From Rhizaria sp. SCN 62-66 (lineage: Eukaryota): 28,556 nt of DNA. The position numbers were made by a program, and so were the translations under genes. This document shows positions 21,201 to 28,556 of this stretch, piece after piece; the first letter of the stretch is position 1; each line of letters opens with the position of its first letter. The notes below the pieces were generated by a model that was given only the letters and a program-made list of their open reading frames with translations, ran no database searches and had not been told where the DNA came from. The DNA lies in the NCBI GenBank assembly GCA_001724265.1, contig MEDY01000074.1:62001-90556 (forward strand). Direction: 5' to 3'.

Positions 21201-24200
21201 AGCCGCAGCGTGGAGCGCGGCGACGACAGCGGCCTCATTGCGGCGCATATGTCCCGCAAACCGCTGCTGCGCCTTGGCTTCCTTGGTGGCGTGGTACACG
21301 AAGCAGTCGTGCACGTACTCGAGCAGCGCGGCCTCGAGCGCGGGCGCCGTCACGGCCCACGGCGCGTGCGCAGAGAAGGGCTCCGCGCGCGCGCCGCCGC
21401 CGGAAGTGGGGATGACCAGCGCGGGGGACGCCGGATCTGTGCTCAGCAGCAGCGCTGCGAGCTTGGCCAGCGACACGTTAAGCGCGGACACGGCGCCCAC
21501 GTCGTGCGTCACACCCGCGCGCAGCGGGAAATGCGAGAGAATGATCGCGGCGATCTTCTGCAGGTGCTTCAGCAGCGGCGGCGCCGGCAGCCGCAGCTCA
21601 GGCCCCGCGTGGCCCTGGCCCTGGCGCTGACCGTGACTGTGACCCTGGCCCTGGCGCCGTGCGTGTTGCTGCTGCAGCTGGCGAGCCGCGTCGGCGCGCG
21701 CGAGCGAGAGCAAGCACCCGGCGACCGAAGCCATCACGCCCAACGCCTGGGAGATGCACCGGCCGCCCGCCGCCGCCGCAGCCGCGGCCGCTGCGGACGA
21801 GGTCGACTTGGCGTAGCGCTGCTGCTGGAGGCGTTTCGCATCCGCGCCGTCACCGCTGCCGCCGGCGTTGAAGAGCTTGGCGTGCGCGGCGAGCCCCGAG
21901 CGCCATTCGCGGCCACCCGCGGCGGCCGCGTGAGCGTTAGCGCTGCCCGCCGCGCCGGACGTGCCGGCGAGCCAGTCGCGCGGGACGGCCTCGAGCCAGA
22001 CCTCGAGCAGGGCCGGGATAAGCGCGGGCGCGGCCTGTGTCGAGAGGAAGACCGCCGCGGGTGGGCCGTAGGGCTGCGGCAGCGGCTGCGCGCTCGTCGC
22101 CGCCGCCGCCGCCGCGGTCATGGCCTCGCCCGCAGTGATCTCACGCGCTGTCGGCTTCACAGTCACCGCAGCGCAAGCGCCGCCCATAGTGCGGGAGATG
22201 GTCAGCGCAAGCCCGTCCGCGGCGGCCGCGGCGCAAGCGACGTCGGCCGCGCCGCCAGGGGCCGTGAGCGCCACCAGTGCAGCCAACGGATTCGCGGAGA
22301 TCGTGTCCAGCGCGTCTGCTTTCCCGCCGCCACTGGCACCGGCGGCGCCGCCCTCGCCGCCCGCGGCCGCGACGGCGGCGGCAGCGGAGGCGGCGGGCGC
22401 GCACGTGGCCAGCGCGACGGCCGGGAACCGCTCGTGCGCCGCGGCGCCGTTGGCGAAGGTCGACGAGTTGGACGCCGCGGAGGACACGAATGAGAGCCCG
22501 CCAGCACCAGTGCCGGCGGAGTTGCCGTCTTCAGGCGCCGTGTGGCGGTTGAGAATGCGGACTGCGGCCGCGGCGCGCGCGGCGTCGTCATTGTCCCCGT
22601 TATCGTCCTCATCATCGTCCTCGTCCTCGTCCTCGCCGTCGTCCTCGCTGCCGTCGTCCTCAGCAGCGGCGGCGGCGACAGCAGCAGCTGGGTCGGCGGC
22701 GACCAAAGCCCCGCGCTCAGCCGCGCGTAGTAGCCGTACCTGCGCCTGCGCCGCCGCCCGGCCGCTCGCGAAACCCAGCGTGTCGGCCGCGGCGTCCGCG
22801 TCTGCGTCAGCGCCGGCGGTCGCATTCTCGTCCCACAGCCGCAGCACAGCGTGCAGCGACGCCGCTTCAACCGGCGGCGCGTGCAGCCGGAGCGTGGCGT
22901 CGAGTACTGCGAGCGGCACCAGCGCCTGCGTGACGCTTCCGCTGACGCCGGAAGTCGCGGACCCCGCGGCGGCGGCAGCCACGGCGGCGGCCGTCTGCGG
23001 GGCGCGGGCGAGCGCGGCGGCGTGTGCGATGAGCGTCGTCGTCGTCGCGACGCCGTAGATCGGCACGCCTGCCACCAGCGCCGTCCCCGCAGCAGAGCCC
23101 GCGCCAGAGCCGGCGGACCCGGCGCCGGCGGACGAGCCCGTCGCACTGGCGCCGGAGCCCGAGGCCGCGTCGGCAAAGAGGAACGGGAGAGTCACGGAGA
23201 CGGGGAGATCGTCCGCGCCGCCCGCGAGAGACGCCGCGCCGGCATGGCCGCTGGCGCCCGCCCCGCCGCTGTTAGAGCCGCCTAGTGAGGAGAACGAGTC
23301 CGCAAGACGGGGCGGGTTGGCAGCCAGCGCAAGCCACGACGCGGCGCCCGCGATCACGGCATTACGGCCCCCCTTGCGCCCGCCCGCGCGCGCGTTAACA
23401 CTTTGAGGGTGGGTGGCAGTGATGAAGGCTTCGGCGGCGGTCACGGCGGCCTCGGCGGCAGCAGCGGCGGCGGCCGACCCGCCCGCGGCGGCGGCCAGTG
23501 CAGCGCGGATGCCCTCGGCGGCCACCAGCGCCTGCGCAGCGGCTGCGGAGCCTGACAGCAGAGCAGCGCCGACTGAAGTTAAGCCGGAGTCTGGCCCCGC
23601 GCCGCCGGTGCCCGCGCCCGCGGCGGAGAGCGCGGAGGCACCCAGTGCGCGCACAGCGGCGGCCTTGGCGTTGCGGCCGCCGCGCTGCGTCTTGGCGAGC
23701 TGTGCAGAGGTTGAGGGCAGCGCGGCGGCCAGCGCGGAAGACGCGGCGGCCGCAGCGAGGGACGAGGACGACAGAGAGGCAGCGGCGGTGGCGGCGGTGT
23801 TGCGGTCTGCGAGCACGCGCGGGAAGTTCGGCAGCGTAAGCGGAGAGAAGCGCGCCGTCAGCGACGGGTAGAGCATGAGCGCGAGGCGGAAGAACTGCAC
23901 TGCGTCCGCGCGCACGCCGGCGTCGTAGTGGGACAGACCGGCTGAGACGTAGCGGAGAAACATCGGCAGGCGCGGCGCGATGTGCGCGGGTGGGATCGAG
24001 GGGAAATGCTCAAAGCAGAGCACGCAGACGGCGCGGCGCACGCCCGGGTCGACGTCGACGAGTCCTTCGCCGATACGCGCAAGCACGGTGGAGAGCGACG
24101 TGGCGAAGAGGTCGCGCTCACGGTGCTTGGTGAATAGCTCGGCCATGCCCTGGTACGCATCGCGGCGCACGCCGGGCGAGTAGTGCACCGTCTGCTGGAG

Positions 24201-24410
24201 CAGGTCCGAAAGCGTGAGGTTGCGCGAGTTAGTCGGCTCGGTCTTGGCGTCGAGGTTGGCTTGCAGCGGCACGTCGATGGCTTTGGCTGTGAAACTGATC
24301 TTGGTCGCGTTCTGCTGCTCCAGCTTGCGGCCCACCTTGCGCCGGGTCTTGGTGAAGTCCGCAGTAGGCTTGTGCACAGCCTTCATCACGGGCTTGGCCT
24401 TGGGCGGCAT
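18219..24410 (-). CDS. IPI1: IPI1/TEX10 (Rix1 complex, pre-60S processing) homologue, 2063 aa, heavily Ala-expanded
   Basis: N-terminus DFTKTRRKVGRK...NATKISFTAKAIDVPLQ...NSRNLTLSDLLQQTVHYSPGVRRDA...DVDPGVRRA...YVSAGLSHYDAGVRADA matches the Ipi1/TEX10 N-terminal signature. Single ORF ending in TGA. Start taken at MPPKAK (24410). Confidence 0.9.
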   Translation of the reverse strand: MPPKAKPVMKAVHKPTADFTKTRRKVGRKLEQQNATKISFTAKAIDVPLQANLDAKTEPTNSRNLTLSDLLQQTVHYSPGVRRDAYQGMAELFTKHRERDLFATSLSTVLARIGEGLVDVDPGVRRAVCVLCFEHFPSIPPAHIAPRLPMFLRYVSAGLSHYDAGVRADAVQFFRLALMLYPSLTARFSPLTLPNFPRVLADRNTAATAAASLSSSSLAAAAASSALAAALPSTSAQLAKTQRGGRNAKAAAVRALGASALSAAGAGTGGAGPDSGLTSVGAALLSGSAAAAQALVAAEGIRAALAAAAGGSAAAAAAAEAAVTAAEAFITATHPQSVNARAGGRKGGRNAVIAGAASWLALAANPPRLADSFSSLGGSNSGGAGASGHAGAASLAGGADDLPVSVTLPFLFADAASGSGASATGSSAGAGSAGSGAGSAAGTALVAGVPIYGVATTTTLIAHAAALARAPQTAAAVAAAAAGSATSGVSGSVTQALVPLAVLDATLRLHAPPVEAASLHAVLRLWDENATAGADADADAAADTLGFASGRAAAQAQVRLLRAAERGALVAADPAAAVAAAAAEDDGSEDDGEDEDEDDDEDDNGDNDDAARAAAAVRILNRHTAPEDGNSAGTGAGGLSFVSSAASNSSTFANGAAAHERFPAVALATCAPAASAAAAVAAAGGEGGAAGASGGGKADALDTISANPLAALVALTAPGGAADVACAAAAADGLALTISRTMGGACAAVTVKPTAREITAGEAMTAAAAAATSAQPLPQPYGPPAAVFLSTQAAPALIPALLEVWLEAVPRDWLAGTSGAAGSANAHAAAAGGREWRSGLAAHAKLFNAGGSGDGADAKRLQQQRYAKSTSSAAAAAAAAAGGRCISQALGVMASVAGCLLSLARADAARQLQQQHARRQGQGHSHGQRQGQGHAGPELRLPAPPLLKHLQKIAAIILSHFPLRAGVTHDVGAVSALNVSLAKLAALLLSTDPASPALVIPTSGGGARAEPFSAHAPWAVTAPALEAALLEYVHDCFVYHATKEAKAQQRFAGHMRRNEAAVVAALHAAAAETDMNAAAAAGTPAAAALANAGKRAREAVSTAVNASADADAETTEEQEPAAGQAKRRMRASDASNNTNEDDDEAESDEDGEDDEDEMLQRAASRGGNAGGKSKSRGGGGRAVSLAPAFVSTPAPTTYLGTASLPDLLVLTWSLLHRSPPHVQSWLLGTFTQFFTQSSLTPLSPSKLACAPLLLALLHPAGGGFTWASSRFGYTGASWLPALTQLTAAVLTTVPSWRPLTVSFTRSALASTPLPWAAAALARATAFALRTYPAPDAPVAGADAALGAAAAGDPVALAAATAAMEAAEHAVARRLAVFAPVLGVGLVGLPSTRTAAAAADATAASATAVAAAADADDGGASATAATSSAALSLAATVAGGLTTTYLDPSFAASTPRAARLIAALNSAAVVDPDALQADLLRLFVAASDVSLGLAATAAENSIAARALQLCPRLPAAGAQPGASPLAHVTGTVPGPLFSPLALPATRAAVLAALQYNSTLTPSLLTALAFAVRYSASRAGAATGAARLGPYRGSDGGTLVLCTPPTGAAAAAGSPVATAYNSARVPPPLPVRVRVEIVRAVAAAAARVPAAPVLRFLLGALCASDDLTLAPAAPLSKAAPLAQLGAPQTARAAVAALLSLPVPLLVLARIESPAALPPRAALALRRTLPSSEDAAASESAAERNQSLTRMLRTARAVPALPAPARAELVLEHVAASVAESLAHCATALRTHYLPALTRAAEATDRESVPALEDYPPFVTVGRLFYAVAALTDACMPAAEQDAAAGASAYELAANATVPPALAEIVAPALAAAAAVWLPLLAAVQPAPVAGAPAASLAQFECPPQPEAPASLALLFRRVPALARAVTAAWAPETATTESIGDARAIAAAATAVASESALRESLLESGADSNISHAHSNDAAVVALGRVWRAAAATAHAGALAAVQKIVTKDSASASAAAAADDEDEITVEEARALKEALLNTIPTGKSIVVAEHIVALRKELEDSE

Positions 24411-25016
24411 TGTGACAGGTGCGGAGACAGAACGGGGCGCGCGGCAGTTAAAAGGCGTGGACTCACTCGGTGTTGGAGACTGTGACGAGTTCGCGCAGCG
24501 CATAGTAGAGAGATAAAGGTCAGTATTCCGTCAATGGGTGCAGCATAAGGGTGTCTGGTAGGATAGGTGCGCAATTAAATTATATGTCATTTGCATCCAT
24601 AAAATAGGCAATATACCTCTCGCTATTCGTCAACTTTGGCTCCCGCCAGTGAAGCTGATTGGTGCCAAGTGACTGTGGATCGCCAGTCGCTCGACGAAGT
24701 CAGGCCGCAAGCTAATTTGACTGTCTATCGATAAATTCGTGCTACCAACGTCCGACGATAAAGCTATAAACTGCATCTCCGTATAGTCATATGGTGATTG
24801 TATAAGATATTTTATATTTGTTTCTTAGGACCTCGTTAACCTGTCACAAATCCTTCTTAAGATTCGATAACTTTGCCACGTCCGAATTTCTCATCGCTTG
24901 CTTTTAACGCCTATCCCTGCTCGCCCATCTGTCTCTTTCCGTGCACAGACCCTTTTTTCAGCCCGCCCGCCCTCGGTTGCGTGCCTGCTCAAGCGTCGCC
25001 TCCCCTCCAGCCCCTG

Positions 25017-26852
25017 ATGCCCAAGCCTTCCAAGGGGGCGCCCGCCACCCCGGCCAAGCCCTCCTCCGCCTCTGCCTCTGCCACTGCCTCTGCCTCCACG
25101 GCCGGCGGTGCTGCAGCTGCTCCTGCTGACTTGACCGCTGCAGCGTCCACGCCGTCGTCTAAGGGGCGCATTTCAACCCTTCTGAACTCTGTGCGCAGCT
25201 CCCAGCGGTACATCTCGATGTCGAACGTGTTCCAGAACGCGCGCAACGGCATGCGCTTCAACGAGCACACGCGCCGCGTCAAGTCCATCGCGCGCCGCGC
25301 CGCCATCATCGCCTGGATTGAGCCCACGGCGCTGCTCTTTGCCGCCGCGCTTGCCGTCCCGCTCTACATGAAGGGCTACATCACGTCGCTGCCCCTCGTG
25401 CTGCTGCTCGTGTACGTGCTCGCACAGGTGTTCAACGTCGTCTTCTCTGTCGGCGTCATGCTGTCTCACATCGTCCGCAACAAGGACGCCGCCGCCGCTG
25501 GCCCCTCGTACGCTAAGAACGCCTCTGGCGGCAAGCTCCACCTCAGCGCTATCCACCCCCATGACTCTGCCTCTAACACGGGCGCTGCCGCTGGCGCTGC
25601 TGCTGCTCATGATGATGACGAGGAGTCTCGCCGCAAGAGCTGCCGCCGCATGTGCGTCTCGATCCGGCCCCCGCAGGTTGTCCGCTGGGACATCGTCGGC
25701 GTGACCCTGTCCAACTGGTTCGGCAAGGTCAACTCGGTGCCGCTGCCCGTGTTCATGCGCTCCCCGCTGTACCGTTTCTACGCCTGGTTCACCGGCGCGA
25801 ACCTCGACGAAGTCAAGCTGCCGCTGCGCGCGTTCCCGTCCCTGCAGGCCTTCTTCTCCCGCGAGCTCAAGCCCGGAGTCCGCCCCATTGCCGATACCGC
25901 GCTCGTCTCCCCCGTCGACGCGCGCATCGTCGTGCTGGGTCCCGTCGAGGGCGAGCGCGTCGAGCAGGTCAAGGGCGTGACGTACCCGCTCCCGTCGTTC
26001 CTCGGCGAGGACCTGTGGACCGCCAACGCGGACAAGCGTCTCTACCACTGCGTGCTGTACCTCGCGCCCGGTGACTACCACCGCATCCACTCAGGTGCCG
26101 ACTGCTCCGTCACTCTGCTGCGCCACTTCCCCGGTACTCTGTTTCCAATCTCGCCCGTCGTCGCGCGCCTCGTGCCGAACCTCTTCGCGCTCAACGAACG
26201 CGTGGTACTCGCGGGCGCGTGGAGCCACGGGTTCTACTCCGCCACGGCCGTCGGCGCCTACCACGTCGGGTCGATGGCGTTCAACTTCGATAAGAATGTG
26301 CGCACGAATCGTCTCCGCCGCGACTTCCGCAACCCCAATCTCTCGTTGATGTCCAACAAGGGCCTCGGCGCATACGCCTACGACTTCGAGTACCCCGAGG
26401 GCACGCTCGCCTTCGCCAAGGGCGACGAGGTCGGCACGTTTAAGCTCGGCTCGACCATCGTGCTGGTGTTCGAAGTCCCCGCCGACGCCGAGTTCGAGTT
26501 CCTCGTTTCCCCCGGCCAGAAGGTCCAGATGGGCCAGCCCCTCGGCCGCCTCACCCCGGGCCCGTCTTCCGCCAACGCCACCCCTGCCGCCCCCGTCGCC
26601 GCCGCCGCTGCTGCTGCTGCTGCGGCCCCCGCGAAGCTCTCTGCTGCCCCGGCCGCTGTCGCCAGCGCCGTCGAGGCCGAGGTCGCCGCCGAGGCTGCCG
26701 CTGAGGTCGCCGCCGAGGCCACCTCTGAGGCTGAGGCTGAGGCTGCGGAGGCAGAGGTCGAGGCCGACGCCGCAGCCGCTGCTGAGGCTGCTGAGGTCGG
26801 CTCCGAGTCCGAGGACGACGCCACCGTGCGTTCCCGCAGTGCGCGCGCTTAA
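25017..26852 (+). CDS. PISD: Phosphatidylserine decarboxylase proenzyme, type I (PISD/Psd1-like), 611 aa
   Basis: FFSRELKPGVRPI, VSPVDA, EQVKGVTY, YLAPGDYHRIHS, HFPGTLF, LFALNERVVL, and autocleavage motif FKLGSTIVLVFE (LGST at 26445-26456). Ends in TAA. Confidence 0.96.
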   Translation: MPKPSKGAPATPAKPSSASASATASASTAGGAAAAPADLTAAASTPSSKGRISTLLNSVRSSQRYISMSNVFQNARNGMRFNEHTRRVKSIARRAAIIAWIEPTALLFAAALAVPLYMKGYITSLPLVLLLVYVLAQVFNVVFSVGVMLSHIVRNKDAAAAGPSYAKNASGGKLHLSAIHPHDSASNTGAAAGAAAAHDDDEESRRKSCRRMCVSIRPPQVVRWDIVGVTLSNWFGKVNSVPLPVFMRSPLYRFYAWFTGANLDEVKLPLRAFPSLQAFFSRELKPGVRPIADTALVSPVDARIVVLGPVEGERVEQVKGVTYPLPSFLGEDLWTANADKRLYHCVLYLAPGDYHRIHSGADCSVTLLRHFPGTLFPISPVVARLVPNLFALNERVVLAGAWSHGFYSATAVGAYHVGSMAFNFDKNVRTNRLRRDFRNPNLSLMSNKGLGAYAYDFEYPEGTLAFAKGDEVGTFKLGSTIVLVFEVPADAEFEFLVSPGQKVQMGQPLGRLTPGPSSANATPAAPVAAAAAAAAAAPAKLSAAPAAVASAVEAEVAAEAAAEVAAEATSEAEAEAAEAEVEADAAAAAEAAEVGSESEDDATVRSRSARA

Positions 26853-27616
26853 ATACTCCATGCCGTCCTGTGTGGTCTGTGTGATAAAGAAAATATGTGC
26901 AGGTGGGAACACGTGTGTGCGTAAATAACGCCGCCCTGTTTTCCTCGATAAAAGTCTCTCACCCATGTGCTGTGATGAAGGTGTGAGATTATGCTGCTCA
27001 ACGCCAAGCAAGACGCAGGCAGCCGTGATTTTGCTCGTGTGTTTTGTTCTGTTTTTCTTTTGTTCCGTTTTGTTTTATTTGTCCACTCCACTCCGCAGCT
27101 GTGCTTCCTTTCTCGCAGCCGCAATGTCTTTAGTCCGTGGCGAGCTTCGCCGCGGCTAACACGCGCATCCGCCACTGCGACGGATCCGCGACTGCTCCAT
27201 TAAGTCACCGCGCCGCTGCGCATGTTTACAGTGCATCGCGCAGCTTATACGTTAGTATTACTGTGGAAGCGCCGCTTCCTCCACGCAGCCGCGTTCTCTG
27301 CGGGTGTGCGATTCTTTCTCTCTCTTTTTCTCTCTTTGTTGTATAGTTTTACATCATCCGTTTTTCTTCCGTCCATCTGCGTGTTTTGTCGCATTGTGCG
27401 TGGTGTCGTAAATATTCCAATGCTATGTATTTTTGTTAAATATCCATATTCCTAAGTAAGTACTCTTGTCAGTCACACGCGTCTCCAATCCTAATACATC
27501 ATTCTCTTGTGCTGCTGCGAAATTTATCAATCTCGCTATTTAACAGATTCTCGAGTCTGTGTGATCAACCTCATCTAATGTAACGTAAATGCCTCCTGCA
27601 TGAGTTTACCGGAAGC

Positions 27617-28556
27617 TTATGTGTGCGTCGTTGCTGACGGTACGTGTAGCCAGTGCCGCCGCGCCGCGCCCGTGGCCTCAGCCTCTTGCTCGCTCGCTGC
27701 AGCCGAGAACACAGGCTTGGAATCAGCTGCAACAGCTACTTCGCGCGGCGTCTGTGTCCGCTGCTGCTGTTGTTGCTGCTGTTGCTGTTGTCCCACGCTT
27801 GGTGTCCACGGCGTGCGCGGCGTCTGCCTTGCCGTTTGTTTCGGCGTGTGTTGTGCTTGCTGCATCCGCTGCGTGCGCGGCGTCTGCGCGCCCGGTTGCA
27901 TCGCGCTTTGCAGAGCAGCCACAGTGTTCCCATGACTGTGACTCGATTGCACTGGCGCAGAGAGCACGTGCACGCGCGCGGCGGCAGCCACTGCGGCAGC
28001 GGCCTCGACTTCCTCGGCCGTCAGCGCCGCGCCGGCCGCCGTCACGCCACTCACCGCGACCGTCACCACCGGCGCTACACCCGCTGGCGCCACTGCGGCG
28101 AGCGCGGGCGCGGGTGTGGGACTGCGTGCAGAGGCCGGGGGCAGCATCGTGAGCAAAAGCGGCGCCTCACCCTCGTTGCCCCCGCTGTTGTAACTGAGCG
28201 CGATCGCATCGTGGAGCGAGAACGAGTGGCCGCCGCACCGCAGCTCCGGGACGCCCAGCCGCGCCTCCAGCGTCACAGCCTCGTAACCGTCATACTCGCC
28301 ACTGTTACTGGTTCCGCAGTCAGCGTCCGCGGCGGTGTGGTCGTGGACAGGGACGCTGCCCCAGAGCGGCGCGCGCGCGGGCGCAAGCGCGGCGGCGGCG
28401 AGCCCGCCCGCGGCGGCGGCGCGGCATTGCTCGGCCAGCAGCCACGCTGGCAGCGCCGCCTGCGCGCTCGCACGGCTCCGCGCCAGCAGCCCGCCCGCCC
28501 GCGCGCGCGCCGCGGCCAGCTCGGCCTCGCTCGGCCGCGCCGCCTCGGCCGCGGCA
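27617..28556 (-). CDS. 3' part of an unknown Ala-rich protein (5' end outside window)
   Basis: Frame is open from the window edge (AAAEAARPSEAELAAARARAGGLL...PLWGSVPVHD...TLEARLGVPELRCGG...) to TAA at 27619-27617, followed by AT-rich sequence. No family recognised. Confidence 0.75.
   Translation of the reverse strand, partial: AAAEAARPSEAELAAARARAGGLLARSRASAQAALPAWLLAEQCRAAAAGGLAAAALAPARAPLWGSVPVHDHTAADADCGTSNSGEYDGYEAVTLEARLGVPELRCGGHSFSLHDAIALSYNSGGNEGEAPLLLTMLPPASARSPTPAPALAAVAPAGVAPVVTVAVSGVTAAGAALTAEEVEAAAAVAAAARVHVLSAPVQSSHSHGNTVAALQSAMQPGAQTPRTQRMQQAQHTPKQTARQTPRTPWTPSVGQQQQQQQQQQRTQTPREVAVAADSKPVFSAAASEQEAEATGAARRHWLHVPSATTHT
27761..27790 (-). repeat. CAG/CAA trinucleotide run encoding 10 Gln
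   Basis: Plus strand ctgctgctgttgttgctgctgttgctgttg, in frame in the last CDS. Confidence 0.85.

Noticed and set aside
3601-26852. Functional cluster of ER, nuclear-envelope and lipid genes (GEX1, seipin, PSD)
   Set aside because: Interspersed with unrelated housekeeping genes, with no shared motif seen; no evidence beyond adjacency.
1-28556. Suppressor tRNA(CUA), or a pyrrolysine or selenocysteine explanation for the internal stops
   Set aside because: No tRNA-like T-loop or cloverleaf found by eye in the spacers. Pyrrolysine is not known in eukaryotes and selenocysteine uses UGA.
1-28556. Mobile elements, CRISPR arrays, viral or prokaryotic inserts
   Set aside because: No transposase, integrase, terminal repeats or repeat-spacer periodicity; repeats are only coding trinucleotide runs.

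Overview
GC-rich, gene-dense eukaryotic (protist-like) nuclear DNA with short AT-rich intergenic spacers and a few GT-AG introns (donors mostly GTACG). I read ten protein genes: a partial E/R/K- and Ala-rich protein, a small hyper-acidic protein whose intron may host an H/ACA snoRNA, a GEX1/KAR5/Brambleberry nuclear-fusion protein, a class I myosin with SH3 and WW domains, NAC beta (BTF3), a 95-codon orphan, a greatly expanded seipin, a greatly expanded IPI1/TEX10, a type I phosphatidylserine decarboxylase and a partial unknown gene. Three of these are absent from the ORF track. Main observation: three in-frame TAG codons (minus strand 13487-13485, 4587-4585, 3648-3646) lie inside sequence that continues to look coding up to a TAA or TGA. 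If they are read through, all nine gene ends visible here are TAA (6) or TGA (3). This points to a nuclear genetic code in which UAG alone is a sense codon, or to UAG-specific recoding or editing. The amino acid and the organism cannot be determined from this window. No mobile element, CRISPR array, rRNA or tRNA was seen.
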